From the NCBI GenBank assembly GCA_963665125.2, contig CAXXUK010000001.1:544001-608000 (forward strand): a stretch of 64,000 bases of DNA, written 5' to 3'. Shown here piece after piece: positions 19,401 to 27,978 of this stretch. This DNA is from an uncultured Desulfarculus sp. GTDB lineage: Bacteria; Desulfobacterota; Desulfarculia; Desulfarculales; Desulfarculaceae. The notes below the pieces were generated by a model. It searched no databases. It saw only the letters and a program-made list of their open reading frames with translations, and had not been told where the DNA came from. The position numbers and the translations under genes were made by a program. Each line of letters starts with the position of its first letter. The first letter of the stretch is position 1.

Positions 19401-19760
19401 CTATTCGATTGGCTCCAGATACGTAGTACTTCTAACGCTGCCGTCTTGATGTTTACTCACGACTTCCCAGCGGTTGTTTTGCTTTTTGCGGACAGTAAGC
19501 CAGCCGTGGTCGTCTATGTCTATCTGTTTCGTATCCGATATCTGGTTTTGTCGCAGACCGTCCATCAATTTGATGTGTACGCTGCCCCCGGTGCCATTTG
19601 TGCATTGCTTATTGCTGGGTGAGATAGTCCAAATATTGAACAAACTCCATTCAACCTTCAGTGGATAACTGGAGTAGTTGTATATGCAGCAGGCCTGGCT
19701 GTGTCCGGCAGTGGCAATTACAGCCGTGCAAACCAGAATTAGGGGAAATAACCTTTTCAT
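19401..19760 (-). CDS. CCIYN-family exported protein, copy 2
   Basis: MKRLFPLILV...SQACCIYNY; body closest to copy 10. Confidence 0.9.
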   Translation of the reverse strand: MKRLFPLILVCTAVIATAGHSQACCIYNYSSYPLKVEWSLFNIWTISPSNKQCTNGTGGSVHIKLMDGLRQNQISDTKQIDIDDHGWLTVRKKQNNRWEVVSKHQDGSVRSTTYLEPIE

Positions 19761-19855
19761 CTTGTCCTCGCAACCGCTACGACCCAGCACAGTCCATTGT
19801 CTTGGAAAGCCGTTTTTACGCGAGCGATAATGCAAGATTTTATTTTGGAACAAGC

Positions 19856-20215
19856 CTATTCGATTGGCCTCAAGTATTTAGTGCTTTTGATGCTGCCGTC
19901 CTTATGCTTGTTCACGACCTCCCAGCGATTGTTTTCCTTTTTACGGACACAGACCCAGCCATGGTCGTCAATATCCAAATCCGCAGTGTGGCTGATATAT
20001 TTTTTACGCAGGCCGTCCATCAGGTTTATCGTGACCTTGCCTCCGGTGCCATTGGTGCATTGGTGGTTGCTGGGTGAGATTTTCCAGATATTGATCTGGT
20101 TCCATTCGACCCTGAGTGGATAACTGGAGTAGTTGTAGATGCAACATGCTTGGCTGTATCCGGCCGAGGTAATGACAGCCGCGCATACCAGTATTGCAAG
20201 GACGATCTTTTTCAT
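19856..20215 (-). CDS. CCIYN-family exported protein, copy 3
   Basis: MKKIVLAILV...SQACCIYNY. Confidence 0.9.
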   Translation of the reverse strand: MKKIVLAILVCAAVITSAGYSQACCIYNYSSYPLRVEWNQINIWKISPSNHQCTNGTGGKVTINLMDGLRKKYISHTADLDIDDHGWVCVRKKENNRWEVVNKHKDGSIKSTKYLRPIE

Positions 20216-20267
20216 TTGCTCCTCACTTATTGTAAGAGCCAAGACTTATACTTGATGCCGGGAGGAC

Positions 20268-20639
20268 CTAATCGTTGGGCGTCAGATATTTTGTTTCTTT
20301 GATGCTGCCGTCTTTGCGTTTGCTCACAACCACCCAGCGGTTGTTTTCCTTTTTGCGGACGACGACCCAACCGTGGTCGTCAATATTCACAAATACGTAA
20401 CTGCTTATTGCATTCTCGCGCAGGCCGTTCAGTAGGAAAATTTGCGGCTTGCCACCAGTGCCGTTGGTGCATTGGTGCTGGGTGGGGGATATTGTCCAGT
20501 CGTTGAATAAACCCGGCCAATCAACATGCAGAGGATGGGTGGTGTTGTTGTAGATGCAGCACGCCTGGATTGCTGTCGCGCTTGTAAAAATTATAGCCAT
20601 GGTAAATACAACCAACCATGCCAAACCCATTTTGCGCAT
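20268..20639 (-). CDS. CCIYN-family exported protein, copy 4 (first of sub-array B)
   Basis: MRKMGLAWL...IQACCIYNN; closest to copy 16. Confidence 0.9.
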   Translation of the reverse strand: MRKMGLAWLVVFTMAIIFTSATAIQACCIYNNTTHPLHVDWPGLFNDWTISPTQHQCTNGTGGKPQIFLLNGLRENAISSYVFVNIDDHGWVVVRKKENNRWVVVSKRKDGSIKETKYLTPND

Positions 20640-20691
20640 ATCACACCTTCAGACCTGTCTAAGGAAATAATATAAATATTGTAGGGGTATC

Positions 20692-20780
20692 AGTGTAGAA
20701 TAATATAGACTGGTGGTCAATGGAATTGTTTGAATTATGTTGTCATATTGTTAGGATACGGCCCTGATCATAGGCTGTCC
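20692..20780 (-). promoter_or_regulatory. Sigma70-type promoter plus invariant 58-bp upstream block, sub-array B
   Basis: Minus strand TTGACC-N17-TACACT (20720-20692); 20723-20780 identical to 26237-26294. Confidence 0.75.
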
Positions 20781-20830
20781 GACAGCGCGGCCACAATGCC
20801 CCTCCGGCGGGCGGAAACCCAAAAAACAGT

Positions 20831-20861
20831 TAGGGCGGCCACCATAACGGCAACCGCCCTA
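20831..20861 (-). terminator. Hairpin T1 between the sub-arrays
   Basis: TAGGGCGGCCACC...GGCAACCGCCCTA; near-identical to the tRNA-proximal hairpin. Confidence 0.65.
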
Positions 20862-20890
20862 TATTTTGTTCCGAAACCGCCGGACGTTGT

Positions 20891-21271
20891 TTAGTAATCT
20901 GACAGGTGGGTAGTGCTCTTTATACTGCCGTCTTTGTGCTTGTTGACCACTCTCCACTTGTCGCCTTCTTTTTTATAAACACTGAGCCATCCGTGTTCAT
21001 CTACGTTTTGTTTTTTGCTGGTACTAATTTGGTGTGCACGCTCAGCGTCCAACAGGTAAAAGTTTGCTTCAATGCTTTCGCCGGGTCTACATTCTTTGTT
21101 CGAAGGGGGAACAACAAAGTCCCAACCGTGAAAGCCCTGCTCCACCTGTAGCGGATGAGTAGTGTTGTTGTAAATGCAACAAGCCTGGGCAAGGCCGGAC
21201 GCGCCCAGGGAAAATACCAATGCAGTTGCCAGCGCGGCGGCCAAGTTCAAATATGAATTTGGTTTATGCAT
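20891..21271 (-). CDS. CCIYN-family exported protein, copy 5 (last of sub-array A)
   Basis: ...GLAQACCIYNN...KECRPGE...HLSDY. Confidence 0.9.
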   Translation of the reverse strand: MHKPNSYLNLAAALATALVFSLGASGLAQACCIYNNTTHPLQVEQGFHGWDFVVPPSNKECRPGESIEANFYLLDAERAHQISTSKKQNVDEHGWLSVYKKEGDKWRVVNKHKDGSIKSTTHLSDY

Positions 21272-21418
21272 TTATAGACCCTCCAATAAGCGCCAAATCC
21301 TAGGCGCAGTTGTTGGCCCTGGTACGTGCAGGGCTTCCGATGAAACATTATTAAAACCCGCGTCTTCACGCATGTTATTAGCTTTCCACCCGATGGTGAC
21401 GAGATGCCAAACGTTACC

Positions 21419-21797
21419 CTATTCAACCGGCTCTAAGTACACGGTATCCTTAACTGTGCCGTTTTTACGCTTGTTGACTACTTTCCACTTGCCGTTTTCT
21501 TTATTTATAGACGCTGAGCCATCCATGATCATCTATTTCCAGAAATGCCGGATGGCTGATATAAGTATTACGCAGGCCATCTAGCATGTGTATTTTCACT
21601 TTACCTCCAGTGCCATTGGTGCATTGGTGATTACTGGGTGAAATAGTCCACCCGCTGAACACGTTCCACTCAACCTTAAACGGATACCTGGAATTATTAT
21701 AAATGCAGCAAGCTTGGGCAAGGCCAGATGCCGCGAAAACAAACGCTGCCACCATTAGCGCCAAACTTATAATTACTTTATTCGTTTTATGGGTCAT
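21419..21797 (-). pseudogene. CCIYN-family copy 6, +1 frameshift
   Basis: Minus strand TAT AAA T AAA GAA AAC GGC AAG TGG: one extra T gives TAA at 21501; the rest (KENGKWKVVNKRKNGTVKDTVYLEPVE*) is intact in the next frame. Confidence 0.88.
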
Positions 21798-21982
21798 TTT
21801 GGCCTCCGATGTTGGCGTCTTTGCGTTTGATAGCTGTTGCCTTTTTTCGGCTGTATCGTTAATTGGATACGCCATGCCGTGCTTGGCGCTGCGTTTGATA
21901 AAAACATGGTCAAAGCCGCTATCAGTAAACCGCCAATCCCGATTTTAACGTCCTGAGCCCATAACCATCGGCCTCTTATTGG

Positions 21983-22369
21983 TTATTTGCAAACTTGAGA
22001 ATCACCGTCATTCGGCTCGATGAAAGTAGTGCTCTTGATGGTGCCGTCTTTGTGTTTGTTGACCACTCTCCATTTGCCGTTTTCTTTTTTATAAACACTG
22101 AGCCAACCGTGGTCATCGACTTTTTGGTGTGACATGGTGCTTATCCGGTCCTTACGAAGACCGTCCAGTAGGTAAAAGAACGCACTTACGCTGTCGCCGT
22201 CTGTGCAGTACTTGTTTGAAGGGGCGACAACCGGTCCCGTGCCGAACAAGGTCTTGTCCACCTGCAATGGATATTTGGTATTATTGTAAATGCAACAGGC
22301 TTGGATGGATCCGGCCATGGTTATTGAAGCCGCGCAAATTAGCAGTATTGAATAGAATAACTTCTTCAT
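21983..22369 (-). CDS. CCIYN-family exported protein, copy 7
   Basis: MKKLFYSILL...IQACCIYNN; C-terminal extension with an extra Cys. Confidence 0.9.
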   Translation of the reverse strand: MKKLFYSILLICAASITMAGSIQACCIYNNTKYPLQVDKTLFGTGPVVAPSNKYCTDGDSVSAFFYLLDGLRKDRISTMSHQKVDDHGWLSVYKKENGKWRVVNKHKDGTIKSTTFIEPNDGDSQVCK

Positions 22370-22422
22370 TTACCGCTCGCAGTTGTTATGGGTAATATAC
22401 GGAAATTTGTGCCTGCTAAAAT

Positions 22423-22782
22423 CTATTCATAAGGCGTCAAATACGTAGTGCCTTTAACGCTGCCGTCGGAATGTTTATTGACGACCTTCCAGCGATTGTT
22501 TTCCTTTTGGTAGACGCTAAGCCATCCGTGATCGTCAATCTCCATCTCTTTCATGTCTGATATTTCGACTTGCCGCAGGCCGTCCATCAATCGGATTTTT
22601 ACTTTGCCTCCGGTGCCATTAGTGCATTGTTTGTTGCTTGGTGAAATACCCCAGACATTAAAAATATTCCATTCAACCTTCAGCGGATACCTGGAGTTGT
22701 TGTAGATGCAACAGGCTTGGCTGATTCCGGTCAAGGAGATAATACCCGCGCAAATCACTAATGATAAAGCAAACTTCTTCAT
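22423..22782 (-). CDS. CCIYN-family exported protein, copy 8
   Basis: Family motifs as above. Confidence 0.9.
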   Translation of the reverse strand: MKKFALSLVICAGIISLTGISQACCIYNNSRYPLKVEWNIFNVWGISPSNKQCTNGTGGKVKIRLMDGLRQVEISDMKEMEIDDHGWLSVYQKENNRWKVVNKHSDGSVKGTTYLTPYE

Positions 22783-22834
22783 TTAGCCCTCGCATATAGC
22801 ATGAGTAAAAATCATATGTCACGCTTTGCAAAAT

Positions 22835-23194
22835 CTAGTCAACAGGATACAAGTAGGTAGTACTTTTTACACTGCCGTCTTTATGCTTACTCACGGCCTT
22901 CCAACGGTTGTTTTCTTTCTTGTAAACGCTGAGCCATCCGTGATCGTCAATATCTACCCCTTTTACATTGGTCAGCTCTTTCTTGCGCAGACCATCCAGC
23001 AAACTTATATTTACGTGGCCCCCAGTGCCATTGGTGCACCGGTGATTGCTTGGTGAAATTATCCATTCGTTGATTAAGCTCCAGTCAACCTGCAGCGGAT
23101 AACTGGAATTGTTGTAGATGCAACATGCTTGGCTGATTCCAGCCAAAGAGATTACAGCCGCGCAAATCACTATTGATAAAGAAAGCTTTTTCAT
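22835..23194 (-). CDS. CCIYN-family exported protein, copy 9
   Basis: Family motifs as above. Confidence 0.9.
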   Translation of the reverse strand: MKKLSLSIVICAAVISLAGISQACCIYNNSSYPLQVDWSLINEWIISPSNHRCTNGTGGHVNISLLDGLRKKELTNVKGVDIDDHGWLSVYKKENNRWKAVSKHKDGSVKSTTYLYPVD

Positions 23195-23292
23195 TCATTC
23201 CTCGCAATCGTTACGAATAGCAACAACATGTTGGCTTTACGAAAAACCATTTACATGCGGTCTATAATGCAAATTTATTTTGTTGAGCAAAC

Positions 23293-23652
23293 CTAATCGA
23301 TTGGCTCCAGGTATTTGATGCTTTTTATGCTTCCGTCTTTATGCTTACTCACGATCTTCCAGCGGTTATTTTCTTTCTTGTAAACGCTAAGCCAGCCGTG
23401 GTCGTCTACATCCATCTGTTTCGTATCGGATATTTGGTTTTGGCGCAGGCCGTCCATCAGTTTTATGTGTACGCTGCCCCCGGTACCATTTGTGCATTGT
23501 TTATTGCTGGGTGCAATGGTCCAGATATTGAATAAACTCCATTCGACCTTCAGAGGATGACTAGAGTTGTTGTAAATGCAACATGCTTGGCTGTATCCGG
23601 CCATGGCAATAACAGACGCGCATACCAATATTGCAAGGACGATCTTTTTCAT
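23293..23652 (-). CDS. CCIYN-family exported protein, copy 10
   Basis: Family motifs; ATG after GAGGA RBS. Confidence 0.9.
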   Translation of the reverse strand: MKKIVLAILVCASVIAMAGYSQACCIYNNSSHPLKVEWSLFNIWTIAPSNKQCTNGTGGSVHIKLMDGLRQNQISDTKQMDVDDHGWLSVYKKENNRWKIVSKHKDGSIKSIKYLEPID

Positions 23653-23705
23653 TTGTTCCTCACTTATTGTAAAAGCCAAGATCTATTCTTAATGCCGGGG
23701 ATGAT

Positions 23706-24065
23706 CTAGTCAGCCGGTTTCAAGTATTTGGTTTCTTTAACGCTGCCGTCCTTGCGCTTGTTAACGGCCTTCCAGCGGTTGTTTTCTTTTTTGTAAACGC
23801 TGAGCCAGCCGTGGTCATCAATATCCGTAACTTCCACGTTGCTGATTTCCTCATCGCGCAGGCCACTTAGCAAGCCGAATTTTACTCGACCGCCGGTGCC
23901 GTCAGTGCATTGGTGGTTGCTGGGCGAAATAATCCAATCATTGAAGGTGCTCCATTCAACCTTCAGGGGATGACTGGAGTTGTTGTAAATGCAACATGCC
24001 TGGCTGTATCCGGCTGCGGCAATTGAAGCCGCGCAAACTAGTATCGCAATGACGAACGTTTTCAT
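23706..24065 (-). CDS. CCIYN-family exported protein, copy 11
   Basis: Family motifs; ATG after GAGGA RBS. Confidence 0.9.
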   Translation of the reverse strand: MKTFVIAILVCAASIAAAGYSQACCIYNNSSHPLKVEWSTFNDWIISPSNHQCTDGTGGRVKFGLLSGLRDEEISNVEVTDIDDHGWLSVYKKENNRWKAVNKRKDGSVKETKYLKPAD

Positions 24066-24118
24066 TTTTTCCTCGCTTATTGTAAAAGCCAAGATTCGTA
24101 CTAGATGTTGACTAAGAC

Positions 24119-24493
24119 CTAATCAAGTGGCTCCAAGTACATCGTATCTTTTACATCTCCTGATTTATGCTTGTTTACGACCTTCCAGTGGTTGTTTTCT
24201 TTCTTGTAAACACTGAGCCAGCCGTGGTCGTCTATATCCCTGAGCCTAGAATTACTAATATAATGTTTCCGTAGTCCATCCAGTAGAGTGATGTTAACCT
24301 TTCCTCCGGTGCCATTGGTGCATTGGTGATTGCTGGGAGAGATAGTCCAGATATTGATCTGGTTCCATTCAACCCTCAAGGGATACCTGGAGTTGTTGTA
24401 GATGCAACAAGCCTGAGCAAGGCCATATGTCGTAAAGACAAGCACCATTGTCATAATTGTCAGCCCTAGTTTTTTAATCGACCTTTCGGTCAT
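24119..24493 (-). CDS. CCIYN-family exported protein, copy 12
   Basis: Family motifs; AGGAGG RBS. Confidence 0.9.
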   Translation of the reverse strand: MTERSIKKLGLTIMTMVLVFTTYGLAQACCIYNNSRYPLRVEWNQINIWTISPSNHQCTNGTGGKVNITLLDGLRKHYISNSRLRDIDDHGWLSVYKKENNHWKVVNKHKSGDVKDTMYLEPLD

Positions 24494-24550
24494 TTGCGGC
24501 CTCCTGATTATTAACCGTCGGCTCTGTTCCGTTAATTTGTTACGTACCGC

Positions 24551-24913
24551 CTAGTCCCTCGTTCCAAGATAGTAGGTGTATTTAACATTGCCGTTTTTGT
24601 CCTTGCTGACAATTCTCCAACGAGTACTTTCCTTTTTATAAATGCTGAGCCATCCGTGGCTGTCAATTTCGCAATGCTTTTTCTCGCTAATTCGTGTTTT
24701 GAGCAGTCCATCCAGAAGATAAATTTCCGGATTGCCGCCGGTGCCGTTGGTACATTGGTGATTGCTGGGTGAAATAGTCCAGGTGTCGAGTAATCCCACC
24801 CATTCAACCTTCAATGGGTAATTGGTGTTGTTGTAGATGCAGCATGCCTGGCTGTATCCGGCCGTGGTAACGACAACCGCGCAAACCATAGTTATTAAAA
24901 AAAGCTTCTTCAT
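24551..24913 (-). CDS. CCIYN-family exported protein, copy 13
   Basis: Family motifs; extra Cys in KKHCEID. Confidence 0.9.
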   Translation of the reverse strand: MKKLFLITMVCAVVVTTAGYSQACCIYNNTNYPLKVEWVGLLDTWTISPSNHQCTNGTGGNPEIYLLDGLLKTRISEKKHCEIDSHGWLSIYKKESTRWRIVSKDKNGNVKYTYYLGTRD

Positions 24914-24965
24914 CTTGCCCCCGCCACCGCAATGGTTAACATTCGCACGTGATGCTTGACGAAAT

Positions 24966-25325
24966 CTAGTCCTGAGGCTTCAAGTACTTGGTTTCTTTAA
25001 TGCTGCCGTCTTTGTGCTTGCTTACAACCTTCCAACGGTTGTTTTCTTTCTTGTAAACGCTGACCCATCCGTGGTCGTCAATTTTCACATACTCCGTTGT
25101 GCTTATCGCATAGTTGTGCAGACCGTCGTACAGGGTGATTTTGGGTTCCCCACCGGTGCCATCAGTGCATTGGTGATGGGTGGGTGATATGAACCAGTCG
25201 TTGATGCAGGTCCAGGTAACACGTAGCGGATGTGTGGTGTTGTTGTAAATGCAACAGGCCTGGCTGTATCCGTTCGTGGTAACGACAGCCGCGCAAACCA
25301 AAATGGTATAAAGCAACTTCTTCAT
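24966..25325 (-). CDS. CCIYN-family exported protein, copy 14
   Basis: Family motifs; extra Cys in the first variable segment (WTCIND). Confidence 0.9.
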   Translation of the reverse strand: MKKLLYTILVCAAVVTTNGYSQACCIYNNTTHPLRVTWTCINDWFISPTHHQCTDGTGGEPKITLYDGLHNYAISTTEYVKIDDHGWVSVYKKENNRWKVVSKHKDGSIKETKYLKPQD

Positions 25326-25376
25326 CTTGTCCTCGCGATCGTTATGGTATCAAGCCACGGGCAATGCATAAAAAAC

Positions 25377-25733
25377 CTAATCTTCAGTCAGATATTTTGT
25401 TTCTTTAATGCTACCGTCTTTGTGCTTGTTCACGACCTTCCAACGGTTGTTTTCTTTCTTATAAACGCTGACCCAACCGTGGTCGTCAATACTCACAAAT
25501 ACATAACTACTTATTGGATGCTCGCGCAGGCCATCCAGCAGGAAAATTTGCGGCTTACCACCAGTGCCATTAGTGCATTGGTGGTGGGTGGGGGATATCG
25601 TCCAAGCATTGAACATACCCCAATCAGCATGCAGAGGATGTGTGGTGTTGTTGTAAATGCAACACGCCTGGCTATGTCCGGTCATGGTGATTAAAGCCGT
25701 GCAAACCAGTAGTGTAAAAAGTAACTTCTTCAT
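25377..25733 (-). CDS. CCIYN-family exported protein, copy 15
   Basis: Family motifs; body very close to copy 16. Confidence 0.9.
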   Translation of the reverse strand: MKKLLFTLLVCTALITMTGHSQACCIYNNTTHPLHADWGMFNAWTISPTHHQCTNGTGGKPQIFLLDGLREHPISSYVFVSIDDHGWVSVYKKENNRWKVVNKHKDGSIKETKYLTED

Positions 25734-25785
25734 CTTATCCACGCGATCGTTATGGTATCAAGCCATGGGCAATACTTAACAAAAT

Positions 25786-26154
25786 CTAATCTTTAGGCGT
25801 CAGGTATTGTGTTTCTTTAATAGTGCCGTTTCTACGCTTATTCACGACCTTCCAACGGTTGTTTTCTTTCTTATAAACGCTGACCCATCCGTGGTCGTCA
25901 ATGCTCACGAAAACGTAGCTACTTATTGCATTTTTGCGCAGGCCATCCAGCAGCATAATTTGCGGCTTACCACCAGTGCCATTAGTGCATTGGTGCTGGG
26001 TGGGGGATATTGTCCAATTATTGAATACACCCCAATCAACATGCAGAGGATGTGTGGTGTTGTTGTAAATGCAACAAGCCTGGATAGCCGTCGCGCTTGA
26101 AAAAATTATCGCCATGGTAAATACAGCCAACCCTGCTAAACCCATTTTGCGCAT
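25786..26154 (-). CDS. CCIYN-family exported protein, copy 16 (first of sub-array A)
   Basis: MRKMGLAGL...IQACCIYNN. Confidence 0.9.
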   Translation of the reverse strand: MRKMGLAGLAVFTMAIIFSSATAIQACCIYNNTTHPLHVDWGVFNNWTISPTQHQCTNGTGGKPQIMLLDGLRKNAISSYVFVSIDDHGWVSVYKKENNRWKVVNKRRNGTIKETQYLTPKD

Positions 26155-26205
26155 ACAGCACCTCTGACCTGCTTATGGAAATAACGTAAAGATTGTAGGG
26201 AAATC

Positions 26206-26294
26206 AGTGTAAAATATATCGGGCTGTGGGTCAATTGAATTGTTTGAATTATGTTGTCATATTGTTAGGATACGGCCCTGATCATAGGCTGTCC
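26206..26294 (-). promoter_or_regulatory. Sigma70-type promoter plus invariant 58-bp upstream block, sub-array A
   Basis: Minus strand TTGACC-N17-TACACT (26234-26206); both hexamers conserved vs copy B while the spacer has diverged. Confidence 0.75.
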
Positions 26295-26339
26295 AACAGC
26301 GTGCCCACAATGCCCTCCTGCGGAAATCCTAAAACCAGT

Positions 26340-26371
26340 TAGGGCGGCCACCGAACACGGCAACCGCCCTA
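26340..26371 (-). terminator. Hairpin T0 downstream of tRNA-Gly
   Basis: Minus strand AGGGCGGTTGCCG-TGTT-CGGTGGCCGCCCT then AACTGGTTTT. Confidence 0.7.
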
Positions 26372-26388
26372 AAAAATTTGCTGAGTTG

Positions 26389-26466
26389 TGGAGCGGGAGA
26401 CGGGATTCGAACCCGCGACCATTAGCTTGGAAGGCTAACGCTCTGGCCAGGCTGAGCTACTCCCGC
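26389..26466 (-). tRNA. tRNA-Gly (TCC)
   Basis: GCGGGAG acceptor stem, anticodon arm TTAGC-CTTCCAA-GCTAA, GGTTCGAATCC T-arm, encoded CCA. Confidence 0.97.
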
Positions 26467-26478
26467 TCAAGCAGCGCG

Positions 26479-26507
26479 ATTATATCACGGCTTTTTCCGT
26501 CCGGCAA
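26479..26507 (-). promoter_or_regulatory. Sigma70 promoter of tRNA-Gly
   Basis: TTGCCG-N17-TATAAT with extended -10 TG and GC-rich discriminator. Confidence 0.75.
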
Positions 26508-26596
26508 ATGCCCTCACATTGACAGGCAGGTCAGCTTGCTATAGGTTACACTGGGTTTACGCCCATATGGGGCGACAACACTATTTGGAGGACTAA

Positions 26597-27898
<1,302 letters not shown>

Positions 27899-27947
27899 CA
27901 AAAAACAAGCGGTGGCCCTAAAACCACCGCCCGAATAAATCATGACT

Positions 27948-27978
27948 CCGGTCTCCGCGTTCGTGGGGGCCGGTTTTT
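27948..27978. terminator. Hairpin between convergent purA and PP2C genes
   Basis: CCGGTCTCCGCG-TT-CGTGGGGGCCGG followed by TTTTT. Confidence 0.55.

Larger units (their letters stand above)
18985..26154 (-). repeat. Tandem array of 16 paralogous exported 'CCIYN' protein genes
   Basis: All share signal peptide-QA|CCIYN..P(L/F).V...P....C...G...L.(D/N)....D.HGW...; head-to-tail on the minus strand. Confidence 0.97.

Noticed and set aside
18985..26154. Array as an integron cassette array, CRISPR or DGR
   Set aside because: Spacers are heterogeneous with no repeated attC-like palindrome, and no intI is present. The repeats are whole coding genes, not repeat-spacer units. No reverse transcriptase or template repeat is in the window, and differences are not confined to adenines.
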